Source of the DNA: Cyanobacteriota bacterium
GTDB lineage: Bacteria > Cyanobacteriota > Cyanobacteriia > Cyanobacteriales > Nostocaceae
Direction: 5' to 3'
Assembly (NCBI GenBank): GCA_046045965.1
Contig: JBJOKS010000001.1
Location: forward strand, 124,244-188,243
DNA: 64,000 bases
The notes under the pieces are model-generated. The model had not been told where the DNA came from and did not search any database. It was given only the letters and a program-made list of their open reading frames with translations. Position 1 is the first letter of the stretch. Every line of letters begins with the position of its first letter. The translations under genes and the position numbers were made by a program. This document shows positions 46,510-56,826 of this stretch, in pieces.

Positions 46510-48282
46510 ATGGCGAGAATTGCACTATTGATAGGAGTAAGTGAATATGAACCAGGCTTAAATCGACTGGCTGGGGCTGTAAAAGATGTGGACGCAATGC
46601 GGCGAGTTTTACAGCATCCAGAAATGGGTGGTTTTGCTGAGAGTGAAATTATAGTCATGCAAAATCCCCAACGACAGGATATGGAAAATGCTATTGAAAA
46701 GCTTTTTGCTAACCGTCAGAAAGATGATTTATTGTTGCTTTATTTCTCCGGTCATGGAATTACAGATGATAGTGGGAGGTTATATCTAACTAATAGCCAA
46801 ACTCACAAATATGACAATGGTAATTTAGTTATAACTAGTGCTACTTCTGCCAGTTTAATACATCAATTTATGGACAATGGGCATTGTAAGTCTAAACGAC
46901 AGGTGATTATTCTTGACTGTTGTTATAGCGGAGCTTTTGCGGAAGGGATGAAAGTAAAAGATGGTGGTAGTGTAGATATTAATAAGCAATTAGGAGGAAA
47001 AGGTAGGGCAGTTTTGACTTCTTCCTCTTGTGGCGAATATTCTTTTGAACAAAGAGGAGAAGAATTATCAGTTTATACCCGTTACATTGTTGAAGGTATT
47101 GAAACTGGTGCGGCTGATACTGACAACGATGGTATGATTTCTGTGGACGAATTACATGAATATGCCTTCAAAAAAGTGCAGGAAGCAGCACCAGCAATGA
47201 GTCCAAAAATTTATGCTGTGGAAGAAGGTTATAAAATTAAGGTAGCAAATGCACCTGTTGGTAATCCCAAATTAAAATATCGCAAGGAAGTAGAAAAATA
47301 TTTACGAGATGGTAAAATTTCAACTATTGGTAATCGAATTTTAAAACGTTATCAAAATGAATTGGGTTTATCAGATGATGAAGTTAAGGAAATACAGGAT
47401 GAAGTTTTAGAACCTATTCGTAGATATCAAGCTAATTTGAAAGAGTATGAAGAAGCTTTGCGAGAAGCTTTGGAAGATGAAACAAGTCTTAGCCAAGAGA
47501 CACAAAATGAGTTAAAACACTTTCAGCAAGTTTTACAACTTAGAGATGAGGATGTAGAACCTATTCACGATAGGTTAATTTTGTCTTCAAATCATCCCTC
47601 AGAACAAACAATCATTGCACCTCCTCAAACTACTCAACCTTTAGAACTGCTTAACTCATATCTTGGTTCTCAACCAAACATTTCAGCAGTTGAGGCTGGA
47701 GAGATTATTAAGTCAGGTCAAAATATACAAGCTCCTACTCAAACAGATGACCTGTCATCAGAAAGAGGCATAGACTACACCACACTGCGCGACTTACTAG
47801 CAGCACAAAAATGGCAGGAAGCAGATACAGAAACCTACGAAGTAATGATTAAAGCTGTAGGTAAAAAGTCTGGGGACTGGTTTACAAGTGATGAATTATT
47901 AAATTTCCCATGTAAAGACCTCCGCACAATTGACCAATTGTGGGTAAAATACAGTAATGGACGATTTGGGTTTAGCGTCCAAAAGGAAATTTACTTGAGT
48001 GTTGGTGGTAAGCCTGATGGCGAGTATGACTCAGTTGCCTGGGTTAGATTTGCTAAAAAAGTAGGATGGAAAAACGAAGAAGATAAATGGATAGAAAAGG
48101 TAAAATTTTATACCTCAGCCCCGAAAGGACACTTACCTGTAAGTTTGGATTGGAGATTAAGTTGGATAGAGGATGAATGGGAAGGATTAGAAGGATTGAG
48201 TTGGGAGTTATGGGAAGTATGGATGAGTTGGGTGGTTGGTTTCTCTTCTCTCGCATCGAGACTTGTAAACTGTAACATCTAA
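46510..48282 (+). CDS. Caspase-like (peptidase C14, orthocaspase) - helical linker - GUN4 domain fusion protein
   Basis: Catalytic His in LLYFSGHGITD and catalytic Cys in VIILDCCYSGAF. C-terminal GUN4-like region: LLAAQKWQEADTETYEVMIKAVGKKSGDWFTSDELLNFPCKDLRTIDQLWVKYSNGRFGFSVQKEIY. Confidence 0.85.
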   Translation: MARIALLIGVSEYEPGLNRLAGAVKDVDAMRRVLQHPEMGGFAESEIIVMQNPQRQDMENAIEKLFANRQKDDLLLLYFSGHGITDDSGRLYLTNSQTHKYDNGNLVITSATSASLIHQFMDNGHCKSKRQVIILDCCYSGAFAEGMKVKDGGSVDINKQLGGKGRAVLTSSSCGEYSFEQRGEELSVYTRYIVEGIETGAADTDNDGMISVDELHEYAFKKVQEAAPAMSPKIYAVEEGYKIKVANAPVGNPKLKYRKEVEKYLRDGKISTIGNRILKRYQNELGLSDDEVKEIQDEVLEPIRRYQANLKEYEEALREALEDETSLSQETQNELKHFQQVLQLRDEDVEPIHDRLILSSNHPSEQTIIAPPQTTQPLELLNSYLGSQPNISAVEAGEIIKSGQNIQAPTQTDDLSSERGIDYTTLRDLLAAQKWQEADTETYEVMIKAVGKKSGDWFTSDELLNFPCKDLRTIDQLWVKYSNGRFGFSVQKEIYLSVGGKPDGEYDSVAWVRFAKKVGWKNEEDKWIEKVKFYTSAPKGHLPVSLDWRLSWIEDEWEGLEGLSWELWEVWMSWVVGFSSLASRLVNCNI

Positions 48283-48315
48283 GGCTTTCAGAAATCTGTA
48301 AATATTTATTACAAC

Positions 48316-49071
48316 CTACTTTCCCACGGAAGAATCAACATTTGCGAATTTCGTTACCTGGCACGGCGGGGTTATCTCCTGCACCTCCGTACTTTCTGTT
48401 ACCCTCTGCTTATCCCAAGGTAAACTCATCTGTCCTGGTGACTTCTTGCTTTTACCGCTTTTCTTCATCGACGGTAAAAACCGACTTCCCCAATAGTTTC
48501 TTTTTTCTGGTTTGGCCTTTGGTTTATACTTCTTGCAAAACCGCCGATATTTAGCTGCACATTCTTCCAGAGTCCTCCCCAATTGCAAAAATGCCGGATG
48601 CCATTGAGTGATACCATCATTACTCAAGCGGTCATGAGTACCATAATTACTAAAATCATAAAAAAAGCCTTGTTGTATTCCTGCTGCTTTCGGGTTAGCG
48701 TGGATATAGCGTAAAGTATTTAAGGCACGACGATAATCTGTATTTTCAAACCCTGTACTGTGGTATCGCTTTTCCCAAAAATGACCTGTACGGTTCAGCA
48801 TCCGATTAAAACACATAGCAGTGTACCAGTTTAACCAGTGCATAACTTTTGGTAATTCTTCTGGCTGTTTTGGTTCTAGGAGATAATGAACATGATTACT
48901 CATAATGCACAGTGCATAGAGTTTAAAACCATACTTTTGTTGTGCTTTTTTAATCGCATAAAGAAAAACTTCACGACATTCTAACCGTGTAAGTCGAAAT
49001 TCGCGGTTATTGCAACGGGTAGTGATGTGATAACAGAAACCTGGTTGAAAATTGCGTTTTGGACGAGACAT
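48316..49071 (-). CDS. IS200-like Y1 (HUH) transposase, RAYT-type
   Basis: CYHITTRCNNREF, MSNHVHYLLEP (HUH) and RYIHANPKAAG (catalytic Tyr region). Start taken at MSRPKRNF. Confidence 0.8.
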   Translation of the reverse strand: MSRPKRNFQPGFCYHITTRCNNREFRLTRLECREVFLYAIKKAQQKYGFKLYALCIMSNHVHYLLEPKQPEELPKVMHWLNWYTAMCFNRMLNRTGHFWEKRYHSTGFENTDYRRALNTLRYIHANPKAAGIQQGFFYDFSNYGTHDRLSNDGITQWHPAFLQLGRTLEECAAKYRRFCKKYKPKAKPEKRNYWGSRFLPSMKKSGKSKKSPGQMSLPWDKQRVTESTEVQEITPPCQVTKFANVDSSVGK

Positions 49072-49236
49072 GGAGATAACAATTTTAGGCAAATAATTCA
49101 CCACCAGCAGACCGGGGTATGATATGCTCAAATTCAAAAGTTGTAACTGTTAAATATTCAGCAGTACGACAGTAAGCACAACAATCTGAAAAACAATGAC
49201 GAATTTTTGTTTGTAATTCAACAGAAATATAAACAC

Positions 49237-49578
49237 TCACGCTACTCTAGATTTGTTTTGAAGTTGGTTTAATGTATATCTTGCTCTAGTTTTAAGAATA
49301 TTCAATTGATCAATCTGTGCTATTAATCTTTCTAAAGTTTCACTTTCTTCATTTGACAATTGATTCTCAGAATTTTTCATTAATAACTCATCTAATCGAA
49401 TCTGACTTTTAAGAGACAAAGAAGTTTCTGCTAAAGCTTGCAACTCATCCAAACTTAAACCAATCAATAATTCAGTATCTGCTGATAAATTGGTTAGCTG
49501 TTGGTAAGTTTCCAGATTTAACAATACACCAACTTTTTCTCCCTGGGTATTAGTTATATACTGCACTGATTCAGACAT
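49237..49578 (-). CDS. Antitoxin-like protein (Phd/YefM-like N-terminus), no adjacent toxin
   Basis: VQYITNTQGEKVGVLLNLETYQQL is an N-terminal strand-helix typical of Phd/YefM-like antitoxins. The tail is helical. Confidence 0.45.
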   Translation of the reverse strand: MSESVQYITNTQGEKVGVLLNLETYQQLTNLSADTELLIGLSLDELQALAETSLSLKSQIRLDELLMKNSENQLSNEESETLERLIAQIDQLNILKTRARYTLNQLQNKSRVA

Positions 49579-49687
49579 GGTTTGGCTGTTGTATGATTAG
49601 TTGTATTGTAACTTTTTATAAAAATAAAATTTTATAAGATGTAACAAATATTTATAATCAAAATATCTAGGAAAACTATCTAAAAAT

Positions 49688-50077
49688 ATGAGTAACCAAA
49701 TCACAATTACTCTACCAGATGACGTTTACCAAAAAGCTGAACACTTCGCACGTTTAGCAAACCGTGATTTAGCCAGCGTCTTAATTGAGACTATCCAATT
49801 ATCCATCCCACCTGTTAGCCAAGAAGCAGCAACCCTTGAACCTGTATCAACACTTTCTGAGCAGCAAGTTTTAGCTTTGACAGAATTACAAATGAAATCT
49901 GAAGAAGATAGCCGTTTGAGTGAATTGCTAGACAGACAACAAGCTGGTATTCTCACAGATTTAGAACATTCTGAATTACAAGCACTCATGCAAATTTACC
50001 AAGAAGGTTTATTGCGAAAAGCTACTGCATTGAGTGAAGCTGTAAAACGTGGGTTAATTAAAAAGTTAGATGAGTGA
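49688..50077 (+). CDS. RHH antitoxin-like protein
   Basis: ITITLPDDVYQKAEHFARLANRDLASVLIETI has the ribbon-helix-helix pattern. Its helical tail resembles that of the 49237 product. Confidence 0.45.
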   Translation: MSNQITITLPDDVYQKAEHFARLANRDLASVLIETIQLSIPPVSQEAATLEPVSTLSEQQVLALTELQMKSEEDSRLSELLDRQQAGILTDLEHSELQALMQIYQEGLLRKATALSEAVKRGLIKKLDE

Positions 50078-50094
50078 GTTCTAGGAGAGAAAAA

Positions 50095-50259
50095 ATGAGC
50101 GTTTCAATTGAGCGTATTTTAAGTGAAATTGATCAATTGACTCTAGTAGAACAGATGCAAGTATTAGAGCATTTGGTGAAGCAGATGAAGCAATCTGTAG
50201 AAGCTGTAGCGGTAACTCCAAAGCCTAAGTATGGAGGCAGCCTTAATGAAGCTAAGTGA
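50095..50259 (+). CDS. Small addiction-module-component-like protein (TIGR02574-like)
   Basis: ATG with AGGAGA 8 nt upstream. MSVSIERILSEIDQLTLVEQMQVLEHLVKQM resembles that family. No intact toxin ORF follows. Confidence 0.4.
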   Translation: MSVSIERILSEIDQLTLVEQMQVLEHLVKQMKQSVEAVAVTPKPKYGGSLNEAK

Positions 50260-50480
50260 TGCTTTTGCAGAGGTAGCAAAGGGGATATCAGCTATACCGA
50301 AATTCTCAATGATCGTAAAATCGGCTAAAATGGCAAAATGTCATGAAAAACCGATTATCCAAATATAACTATAATTTTACCCAGTCATCCCCATTCTGAA
50401 CACTAACGCACCAAGTGAAATGTTGTAGCGGGGGAAAATCAAGTTAAAAATAAGTAGGTTAAAGAAACGGGGAAACTAAC

Positions 50481-51911
50481 GTGAGTTCTGGATTTGATTA
50501 CGATTTAGTGATTATTGGCGCGGGTGTAGGTGGTCATGGCGCAGCCCTACACGCTGTCAATTATGGTCTGAAAACAGCGATTATTGAAGCAGCAGACATG
50601 GGGGGAACCTGTGTTAACCGAGGTTGTATTCCCTCTAAGGCGCTTTTAGCTGCTTCCGGAAGGGTGCGGGAGTTACGCAACGCTCACCACCTGAAATCTT
50701 TGGGAATTCAAATTGGTAATGTAGAATTTGATCGGCAAGCGATCGCAAATCATGCTGATAATCTTGTTTCTAAAATTCAAGGTGACTTAACCAACAGTCT
50801 CAAACGGTTGGGAGTCGATATTATCCGGGGTTGGGGAAAAGTCGCTGGTTCACAAAAAGTCACCGTCTCTACAGATAGCGGTGAAAAAACCATCACAGCC
50901 CAAAATATCATTCTTTCCCCCGGTTCTGTTCCCTTCGTTCCTCCCGGAATTGAAGTAGATGGCAAAACAGTATTTACCAGCGACCAAGGGGTAAAATTAG
51001 AATCTCTACCCCAGTGGATAGCAATTATTGGTAGTGGTTACATCGGTTTGGAATTTTCTGATATTTACACTGCTTTGGGTTGTGAAGTCACAATGATTGA
51101 AGCCCTAGATGTGTTAATGCCAGGATTTGACCGTGATATTGCTAAACTGGCAGAACGGGTTTTAATTACTCCCCGCGATATTGAAACCAAAGTGGGAATA
51201 TACGCAAAGAAAATCATTCCTGGTTCTCCAGTGGTGATTGAATTAGCAGATTTCCAAACTAAAGAAGATTTAGAAGTGTTGGAAGTTGATGCTTGTTTAG
51301 TAGCTACAGGTCGCATCCCCGCTACTAAAAATCTGGGTTTAGATTCTGTGGGTGTGGAACTGGATAAACGGAATTTCATCCCTGTTAACGATGGAATGGC
51401 CGTACTTTCAGCAGGTGAAGTAGTCCCCCATCTGTATGCAATTGGTGATGCTAACGGGAAAATGATGTTAGCTCACGCGGCTTCGGCTCAAGGTATCATT
51501 GCGGTAGAAAATATCCTGGGTAAAAACAAAAAAGTAGACTATCGCAGTATTCCCGCAGCAGCTTTTACCCACCCCGAAGTTAGTTATGTGGGTTTAACAG
51601 AACCAGCTGCTCAAGAATTGGGTTTAGCTGAAGGCTTTGAAATTGGAACAAGTAAGAGTTACTTCAAAGGCAATTCTAAAGCTTTAGCAGAAAATGAAGC
51701 TGATGGTATCGCTAAAGTGATTTATCGTAAAGATACAGGTGAAGTCTTAGGTGTGCATATTTTCGGTTTACACGCTTCTGATTTGATTCATGAAGCATCC
51801 GCCGCAGTTGCTAACCGTCAATCTGTAAAAGACCTCGCTTATTTAGTTCACGCCCATCCTACACTATCAGAAGTGTTAGATGAAGCCTATAAACGAGCGA
51901 TCGCAAGTTAG
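50481..51911 (+). CDS. lpdA: Dihydrolipoyl dehydrogenase
   Basis: [13 protein letters not shown] motif, redox-active [10 protein letters not shown], a second GSGYIGLEF motif, and C-terminal HAHPTLSE. Confidence 0.95.
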   Translation: MSSGFDYDLVIIGAGVGGHGAALHAVNYGLKTAIIEAADMGGTCVNRGCIPSKALLAASGRVRELRNAHHLKSLGIQIGNVEFDRQAIANHADNLVSKIQGDLTNSLKRLGVDIIRGWGKVAGSQKVTVSTDSGEKTITAQNIILSPGSVPFVPPGIEVDGKTVFTSDQGVKLESLPQWIAIIGSGYIGLEFSDIYTALGCEVTMIEALDVLMPGFDRDIAKLAERVLITPRDIETKVGIYAKKIIPGSPVVIELADFQTKEDLEVLEVDACLVATGRIPATKNLGLDSVGVELDKRNFIPVNDGMAVLSAGEVVPHLYAIGDANGKMMLAHAASAQGIIAVENILGKNKKVDYRSIPAAAFTHPEVSYVGLTEPAAQELGLAEGFEIGTSKSYFKGNSKALAENEADGIAKVIYRKDTGEVLGVHIFGLHASDLIHEASAAVANRQSVKDLAYLVHAHPTLSEVLDEAYKRAIAS

Positions 51912-52070
51912 GTGATTGGTGATTGGTGATTGGTGATTGGTGATTGGGAATCATAAAAATTGATTACCCAGTCCCTATCTTCCCAGTTCCCAGTCCCTAT
52001 CTTCCCAGTCCCTATCTTCCCAGTCCCCAGTCCCCAGTCCCCATTCCCCATTCCCCATTCCCCAGTCCCC
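51911..52070. repeat. STRR arrays (GGTGATT x5; CCCAGTC/CCCTATCTT/CCCCATT units)
   Basis: Read directly. The ORF track's trpC N-terminal extension runs through the second array. Confidence 0.95.
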
Positions 52071-52073
52071 AAA

Positions 52074-52958
52074 ATGCAAATCCGTCGTCGTTCACCTAGT
52101 CCCGCTATTGATGTATCTATTATTCGCTACCAAGCAGTTTTAGATGATGCAGCGCCAAATCATATTTTAGAAGAAATTGTTTGGCAAAAAGAAATAGAAG
52201 TTGAGCAAATGCGGGAAAAGCTGCCTTTGCCAGAATTGCAGAAAAAAGCTCTCACAGCACCGCCAACCCGTGATTTTATCGCTGCATTACGTCAAGGTAA
52301 AACCAAACCCGCCCTAATTGCAGAAGTTAAAAAAGCTTCTCCTAGTAAGGGAGTTTTACGGGCAGATTTTGACCCTGTAGAAATTGCTAAAGCCTATCAA
52401 GACGGTGGTGCTAGTTGTCTTTCAGTTCTCACAGATACAAAGTTTTTTCAAGGTAGTTTTGAAAACTTATCTCTAGTACGTGCTGCCGTAGATTTGCCAT
52501 TGTTATGTAAGGAATTTATCATTTATCCTTATCAAATGTATTTGGCGCGAATTAATGGTGCAGATGCGGTTTTATTGATAGCGGCAATTCTCAGTGATCA
52601 AGATTTACAATACTTTGTCAAAATTGCTAATAAGCTAAATATGGCTGCTTTGATAGAAGTCCATAGTTTAGAAGAACTTGACAGAGTTTTATCCTTAGAT
52701 GGTGTTTCTTTAGTTGGTATAAATAATCGCAACTTAGCAGATTTTTCCGTTGACTTACAAACTACCTGTCAATTACTCAAAGACAGAGGTAGTCAATTAC
52801 AAGCTAAAAATATTCTGGTAGTGAGTGAATCAGGAATTCATCACCCAGAGGATTTAAGTGTAGTAGAAACAGCCGGCGCAACAGCTGTACTCATTGGTGA
52901 GTCTTTGGTAAAACAACCAGATCCGAAATTAGCAATTACTAATCTTTTTGGTAAATAG
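52074..52958 (+). CDS. trpC: Indole-3-glycerol-phosphate synthase
   Basis: [33 protein letters not shown]. Start set at MQIRRR after the repeat array. Confidence 0.93.
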   Translation: MQIRRRSPSPAIDVSIIRYQAVLDDAAPNHILEEIVWQKEIEVEQMREKLPLPELQKKALTAPPTRDFIAALRQGKTKPALIAEVKKASPSKGVLRADFDPVEIAKAYQDGGASCLSVLTDTKFFQGSFENLSLVRAAVDLPLLCKEFIIYPYQMYLARINGADAVLLIAAILSDQDLQYFVKIANKLNMAALIEVHSLEELDRVLSLDGVSLVGINNRNLADFSVDLQTTCQLLKDRGSQLQAKNILVVSESGIHHPEDLSVVETAGATAVLIGESLVKQPDPKLAITNLFGK

Positions 52959-53050
52959 GACTGGGGACTGGGGACTAGGGACTGGGGACTGGGGACTGGG
53001 GAATCAATTTTATTTTTCCCAATTACCAATGCCCAATGCCCAATGCCCAA
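52959..53050. repeat. STRR arrays (GACTGGG x6; AATGCCC x3)
   Basis: Read directly. They begin 1 nt after the trpC stop. Confidence 0.95.
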
Positions 53051-53118
53051 ATCTTTTTTATTATGTAACAATTTATTGAACAAGATAATCAGATAAAATC
53101 TCGCATTGGCAATCTTAT

Positions 53119-53376
53119 ATGAATTTCATGGAGCAACTTCCTTTACCAGCGCCTATCCACTATGAACTTATACTGCAACTGTTAGAAAAGCAAACAATGA
53201 GTGCTGTAAATAATAACCAGAACTTACGGCACGAAGTCAGTCAGCTAATTATTACCCTGCGAAAAGCTGCCGCACAACAAAAGCGATTAGAGGAAATTTG
53301 TCAAGCTTCTTCTTTCGCTGTAGACCATCGGTGGTCCATCAATCATCAGAGCGGAAAAACTGTTACTTCTGATTGA
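53119..53376 (+). CDS. Hypothetical protein
   Basis: An 85-aa ORF with plausible composition. No motif. Confidence 0.35.
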   Translation: MNFMEQLPLPAPIHYELILQLLEKQTMSAVNNNQNLRHEVSQLIITLRKAAAQQKRLEEICQASSFAVDHRWSINHQSGKTVTSD

Positions 53377-53509
53377 TACCTAGAGCAGATGTCACGCTCT
53401 GTTGGTACTATAATCTGATGAAATTGGTAAATGAATATCTACAATTTGCCATTGGATTTAACCATCCTCACACAATTTTGACTCTTATTGGATTTTTAGG
53501 ATAGAGATA

Positions 53510-54658
53510 ATGGACAATAAGTTAATGTTGATGATTCCTGGACCTACACCAGTTCCAGAAGCGGCCTTGCTGGCATTGGCCAAACACCCCATCGGACACC
53601 GTTCAGGTGAATTTAGCAGTATGATGGGGGAGGTGACAGAAAACCTGAAATGGCTGCACCAAACCCAAAGTGATGTGCTAATGCTGAATGTTAGCGGTAC
53701 TGGTGCGGTAGAAGCAGGGATAATTAATTTTCTTTCCCCAGGCGATCGCATTTTAGTGGGTAATAATGGTAAATTCGGTGAACGTTGGGTAGAAGTCGGT
53801 CAAGCTTTTGGTTTAAATGTGGAAGCTGTCACCGCAGAATGGGGACAACCTTTGGACCCTGCTAAATTTGGGGAAATATTACAAGCTGACACCAACAAAG
53901 AAATTAAAGCTGTCGTTATCACCCACAGCGAAACTTCCACAGGTGTAATTAATGATTTGGTAGCTATTAACAGTCATGTAAAAGCACATGGACAGGCTTT
54001 AATTATTGTTGATGCTGTCACCAGCTTGGGTGCTTATAATGTTGCTGTCGATGCTTTGGGTTTGGATGTCGTTGCGTCCGGTTCTCAAAAAGGCTACATG
54101 ATACCCCCCGGTTTAGGGTTTGTGTCTGTGAGTCCTAAAGCTTGGGAAGCTTACAAAACTGCGAAATTACCAAAATATTATTTAGATTTAGGTAAATATC
54201 GCAAAGCAACTGCTAAAAATACCACTCCTTTCACTCCCCCAGTTAACTTAATTGTGGCATTACACACCACCTTGGGGATGATGAAAAAAGAGGGTTTAGA
54301 GTCAATTTTTGCTCGTCATGAACGCCAAAAAAATGCGACTCGTGCGGCGATGAAGGCTTTAAATTTACCGTTGTTTGCAGCTGATGAATGCGCTAGTCCG
54401 GCTATTACCGCTGTCTCAGTACCAGGAATGGAAGCGGATAAAATTCGCTCATTGATGAAAAAACGGTTTGATATTGCTTTAGCTGGTGGACAAGACCATC
54501 TGAGTAATAAAATTTTCCGTATTGGACATTTGGGATTTGTGAGCGATCGCGATATTCTTAGCTGTATAGCATCATTGGAAATTGTGCTTTCAGAACTCGG
54601 TTATGAAAACTTTACTCCCGGTGCTGGTATAGCCGCAGCAGGGAAAGTTTTTGGATAA
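53510..54658 (+). CDS. Class-V aminotransferase (alanine-glyoxylate / serine-pyruvate type; historic 'soluble hydrogenase small subunit' family)
   Basis: N-terminal LMIPGPTPVPE, and a PLP-Lys context SGSQKGYMIPPG. Confidence 0.9.
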   Translation: MDNKLMLMIPGPTPVPEAALLALAKHPIGHRSGEFSSMMGEVTENLKWLHQTQSDVLMLNVSGTGAVEAGIINFLSPGDRILVGNNGKFGERWVEVGQAFGLNVEAVTAEWGQPLDPAKFGEILQADTNKEIKAVVITHSETSTGVINDLVAINSHVKAHGQALIIVDAVTSLGAYNVAVDALGLDVVASGSQKGYMIPPGLGFVSVSPKAWEAYKTAKLPKYYLDLGKYRKATAKNTTPFTPPVNLIVALHTTLGMMKKEGLESIFARHERQKNATRAAMKALNLPLFAADECASPAITAVSVPGMEADKIRSLMKKRFDIALAGGQDHLSNKIFRIGHLGFVSDRDILSCIASLEIVLSELGYENFTPGAGIAAAGKVFG

Positions 54659-54716
54659 GGTAGGTGACTCTTTACTGGGGACTGGTGACTGGGGAGAATA
54701 TATATTACTTTCTTTA

Positions 54717-54797
<81 letters not shown>

Positions 54798-54800
54798 ATT

Positions 54801-54840
54801 AAAAAGGCGAGTTGTTTGAACAGCTCGCCTTTTTATTTTG
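54801..54840. terminator. Bidirectional intrinsic terminator
   Basis: aaaaaggcgagttgtt tg aacagctcgccttttt: a ~12-bp stem flanked by an A-run and a T-run. Confidence 0.7.
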
Positions 54841-55033
54841 GATATCAATGAGTAAAAACTGTCTGAGTTAATCTTTCTATCTATCAAACTTTGCACAGGG
54901 CAGAGTTGAATTGACATACCTCAATTCTCCTGAAGTAGCTCAACCGTTTCACATTGAATTTGTATACAGTTAGCCCACAGAATATTTACCAGAATATTAC
55001 CAGCAATAAATTTTCTGGGTTTACATTGCTTAC

Positions 55034-55225
55034 CTATGCAGTTTCCAACCAATCATAAATTTGTTCTAACTGCTCTAGGGTAATCAATCCATACTGCCAC
55101 AGGATCATGGTTAAAGAGCCTGTATCTTGCTCACGATGACGCAAAGCCACGGACAAAGAAGCTGCGGAAATTGCCAAATCTTCTTGGAGAAAATTAATTA
55201 AACGAGAATATCTTGATGGTGCCAT
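55034..55225 (-). CDS. DUF2949-like small protein
   Basis: MAPSRYSRLINFLQEDLAISAASLSVALRHREQ...LPMILWQYGLITLEQLEQIYDWLE-like pattern. GGAGG RBS upstream of the internal Met. Confidence 0.65.
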   Translation of the reverse strand: MAPSRYSRLINFLQEDLAISAASLSVALRHREQDTGSLTMILWQYGLITLEQLEQIYDWLETA

Positions 55226-55812
55226 TTGTATCTCACCTCCTTGGGTAGAGTGTATTATCATATATCCTTCCTTGATTTCTCAGTGATCTAAAGCCAGTAT
55301 TTGATGTGTCACTGTCCCATGATTGGATTAATTTATGAATTAACCACCAGCACAGTTGATGACAGTTGATTTTTTATTTCTCTGAGAGCAGTTTATGTTC
55401 ACTTCTGCCAGAGTTTGTGACAAAACAGCAATTTTCTTACTGCTTATTTCCCCCCATCAGAACTAGTATTAGCACTGAGTTAAATCGGCTTCATCATGTT
55501 GAGTCTTTTGTGCTGGATGTAATTGCATTTGGAGTAAAAAAGATTCCATAGCCTATAGTCCTCTATGGATGACTATTTACACTTATGTCAAAAGAAGGAT
55601 TTTTCTGATTAAACTTTGAAGCCAGGATTTTAGGTATGGAAAAGCCAGGTCTGATGTCAAGAGAGCTACTGGTAAATATTAACCTCTTTTTTTTACGGAA
55701 TAGTTTTCTTACCACAGTATCTTTATACAAGCTTGACAGATTCTTCACAAAGGGTCAGTTGTCAGTCTCAAAAGGCAAAAGACTGAAAGTTAATTTCCCT
55801 ATCCCTTGATCA

Positions 55813-56346
55813 CTAGCTAGGTTTTAAGAATTCAATTTTTACCTTGTCACCTACTTGTAAACCTAATTCTTTAGCTCGTTTGGACCTGAGTTCAATTACT
55901 TGGTCTATTGGTACGTTCGGTCCGTAGGTGGGACAAGGTTCACTCTGACAAGGAGGTGCAGAAGTCTGAATATACTGAATTACCCCCTTGTGGAGAAATA
56001 CCATATCTAGAGATACGGGTACATTCTTCATCCAGAAACTGACTGGTTGTGCTGAGGGAAATACAAACAACATTCCCCGGTCATCTGGTAAAGCTGGTCG
56101 ATACATCAACCCCATCATTTGCTGTTCTGGTGTTTTTGCTACTTCTAGGTTGATTTTTGTGCCGTTGGGAAGGATAGCTTGAGCAGATATTGGCAATTTT
56201 TGACCTTTAAATGTTTGTGTTTGAATTTGAGAAGTTGATGTAGCAGCGGGTTCGGCTGTGGTTGGGGAAGAACAACCGATGAGTAATATACTCAGCAATA
56301 TAGAAAACAAAGCTGGCTGACGCAACATAAGCAATTGGAAATTCAA
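55813..56346 (-). CDS. DUF192 family secreted protein
   Basis: Signal/lipobox LLIGCSS. GLMYRPALPDDRGMLFVF...FWMKNVPVSLDMVF is the DUF192 signature. Confidence 0.8.
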   Translation of the reverse strand: MNFQLLMLRQPALFSILLSILLIGCSSPTTAEPAATSTSQIQTQTFKGQKLPISAQAILPNGTKINLEVAKTPEQQMMGLMYRPALPDDRGMLFVFPSAQPVSFWMKNVPVSLDMVFLHKGVIQYIQTSAPPCQSEPCPTYGPNVPIDQVIELRSKRAKELGLQVGDKVKIEFLKPS

Positions 56347-56608
56347 GGTTTTTTGAATTTAGATTTCGATTTTACAGAAATTTCCATAAAATAGCCCGTT
56401 ATTTGCAATTATTTTTCGGACATTAAAATTTATATAGGGCTTAAGTAGGTAGGAGGCAGGAGGCAGAAGGCAGGGGGCAGGAGGCAGGAGGGAATTTAAA
56501 AATTTCTTTTCCGTTTCTCCAACTCAACAAAAGTGTAAGGTTTTTGAGACTCTAGAGGGTATATCGAAAGCACCTACTTTCCTGTGTGTCAGCCTAAAAC
56601 CTTTGATT

Positions 56609-56721
56609 TATAGCAATCCTATTTGATTTATGAATGGAGTTTTTAAAACGAACCGCTCCAGACGCAGAGAGCGCAGAGGTAGAGAAAAAGAGGTGTTCAT
56701 ATCTTATTTAGGATTGCTATA
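56609..56721. repeat. 113-bp MITE-like element with perfect 13-bp TIRs carrying the GCAGAG-type core
   Basis: TIRs are TATAGCAATCCTA (56609-56621) and TAGGATTGCTATA (56709-56721). The core aacgaaccgctccagacgcagagagcgcagaggtagag is related to 1765-1812 (inverted). Confidence 0.75.
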
Positions 56722-56782
56722 TCTGGGTCTTATCTTTTTTCAGCAAGCCCTAGATAAACTATTTTTAGCTGCTTCTAATTCT

Positions 56783-56826
<44 letters not shown>

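Noticed and set aside
46212-46658. A 148-aa minus-strand ORF antisense to the EACC1-like gene and the caspase start.
   Set aside because: It has low-complexity Ser/Pro/Lys-rich composition, lies fully inside better-supported plus-strand genes, and has no motifs.
45824-50480. An integrase-bearing genomic island at tRNA-Ser, or likewise at ssrA.
   Set aside because: There is no tyrosine or serine recombinase ORF, and I saw no att-like duplication of the tRNA/tmRNA 3' end by eye. I report these only as variable islets, not as defined integrative elements.
51960-52073. A 38-aa N-terminal extension of trpC ([19 protein letters not shown]...).
   Set aside because: The extension is made entirely of STRR repeat units. 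Conserved TrpC sequence starts at MQIRRR (52074).
55366-55748. Two ~61-aa ORFs (plus and minus strand) between the DUF2949 and DUF192 genes.
   Set aside because: They have no RBS and odd composition (Phe/Ser/Lys-rich), with no motif. The region is more likely non-coding.
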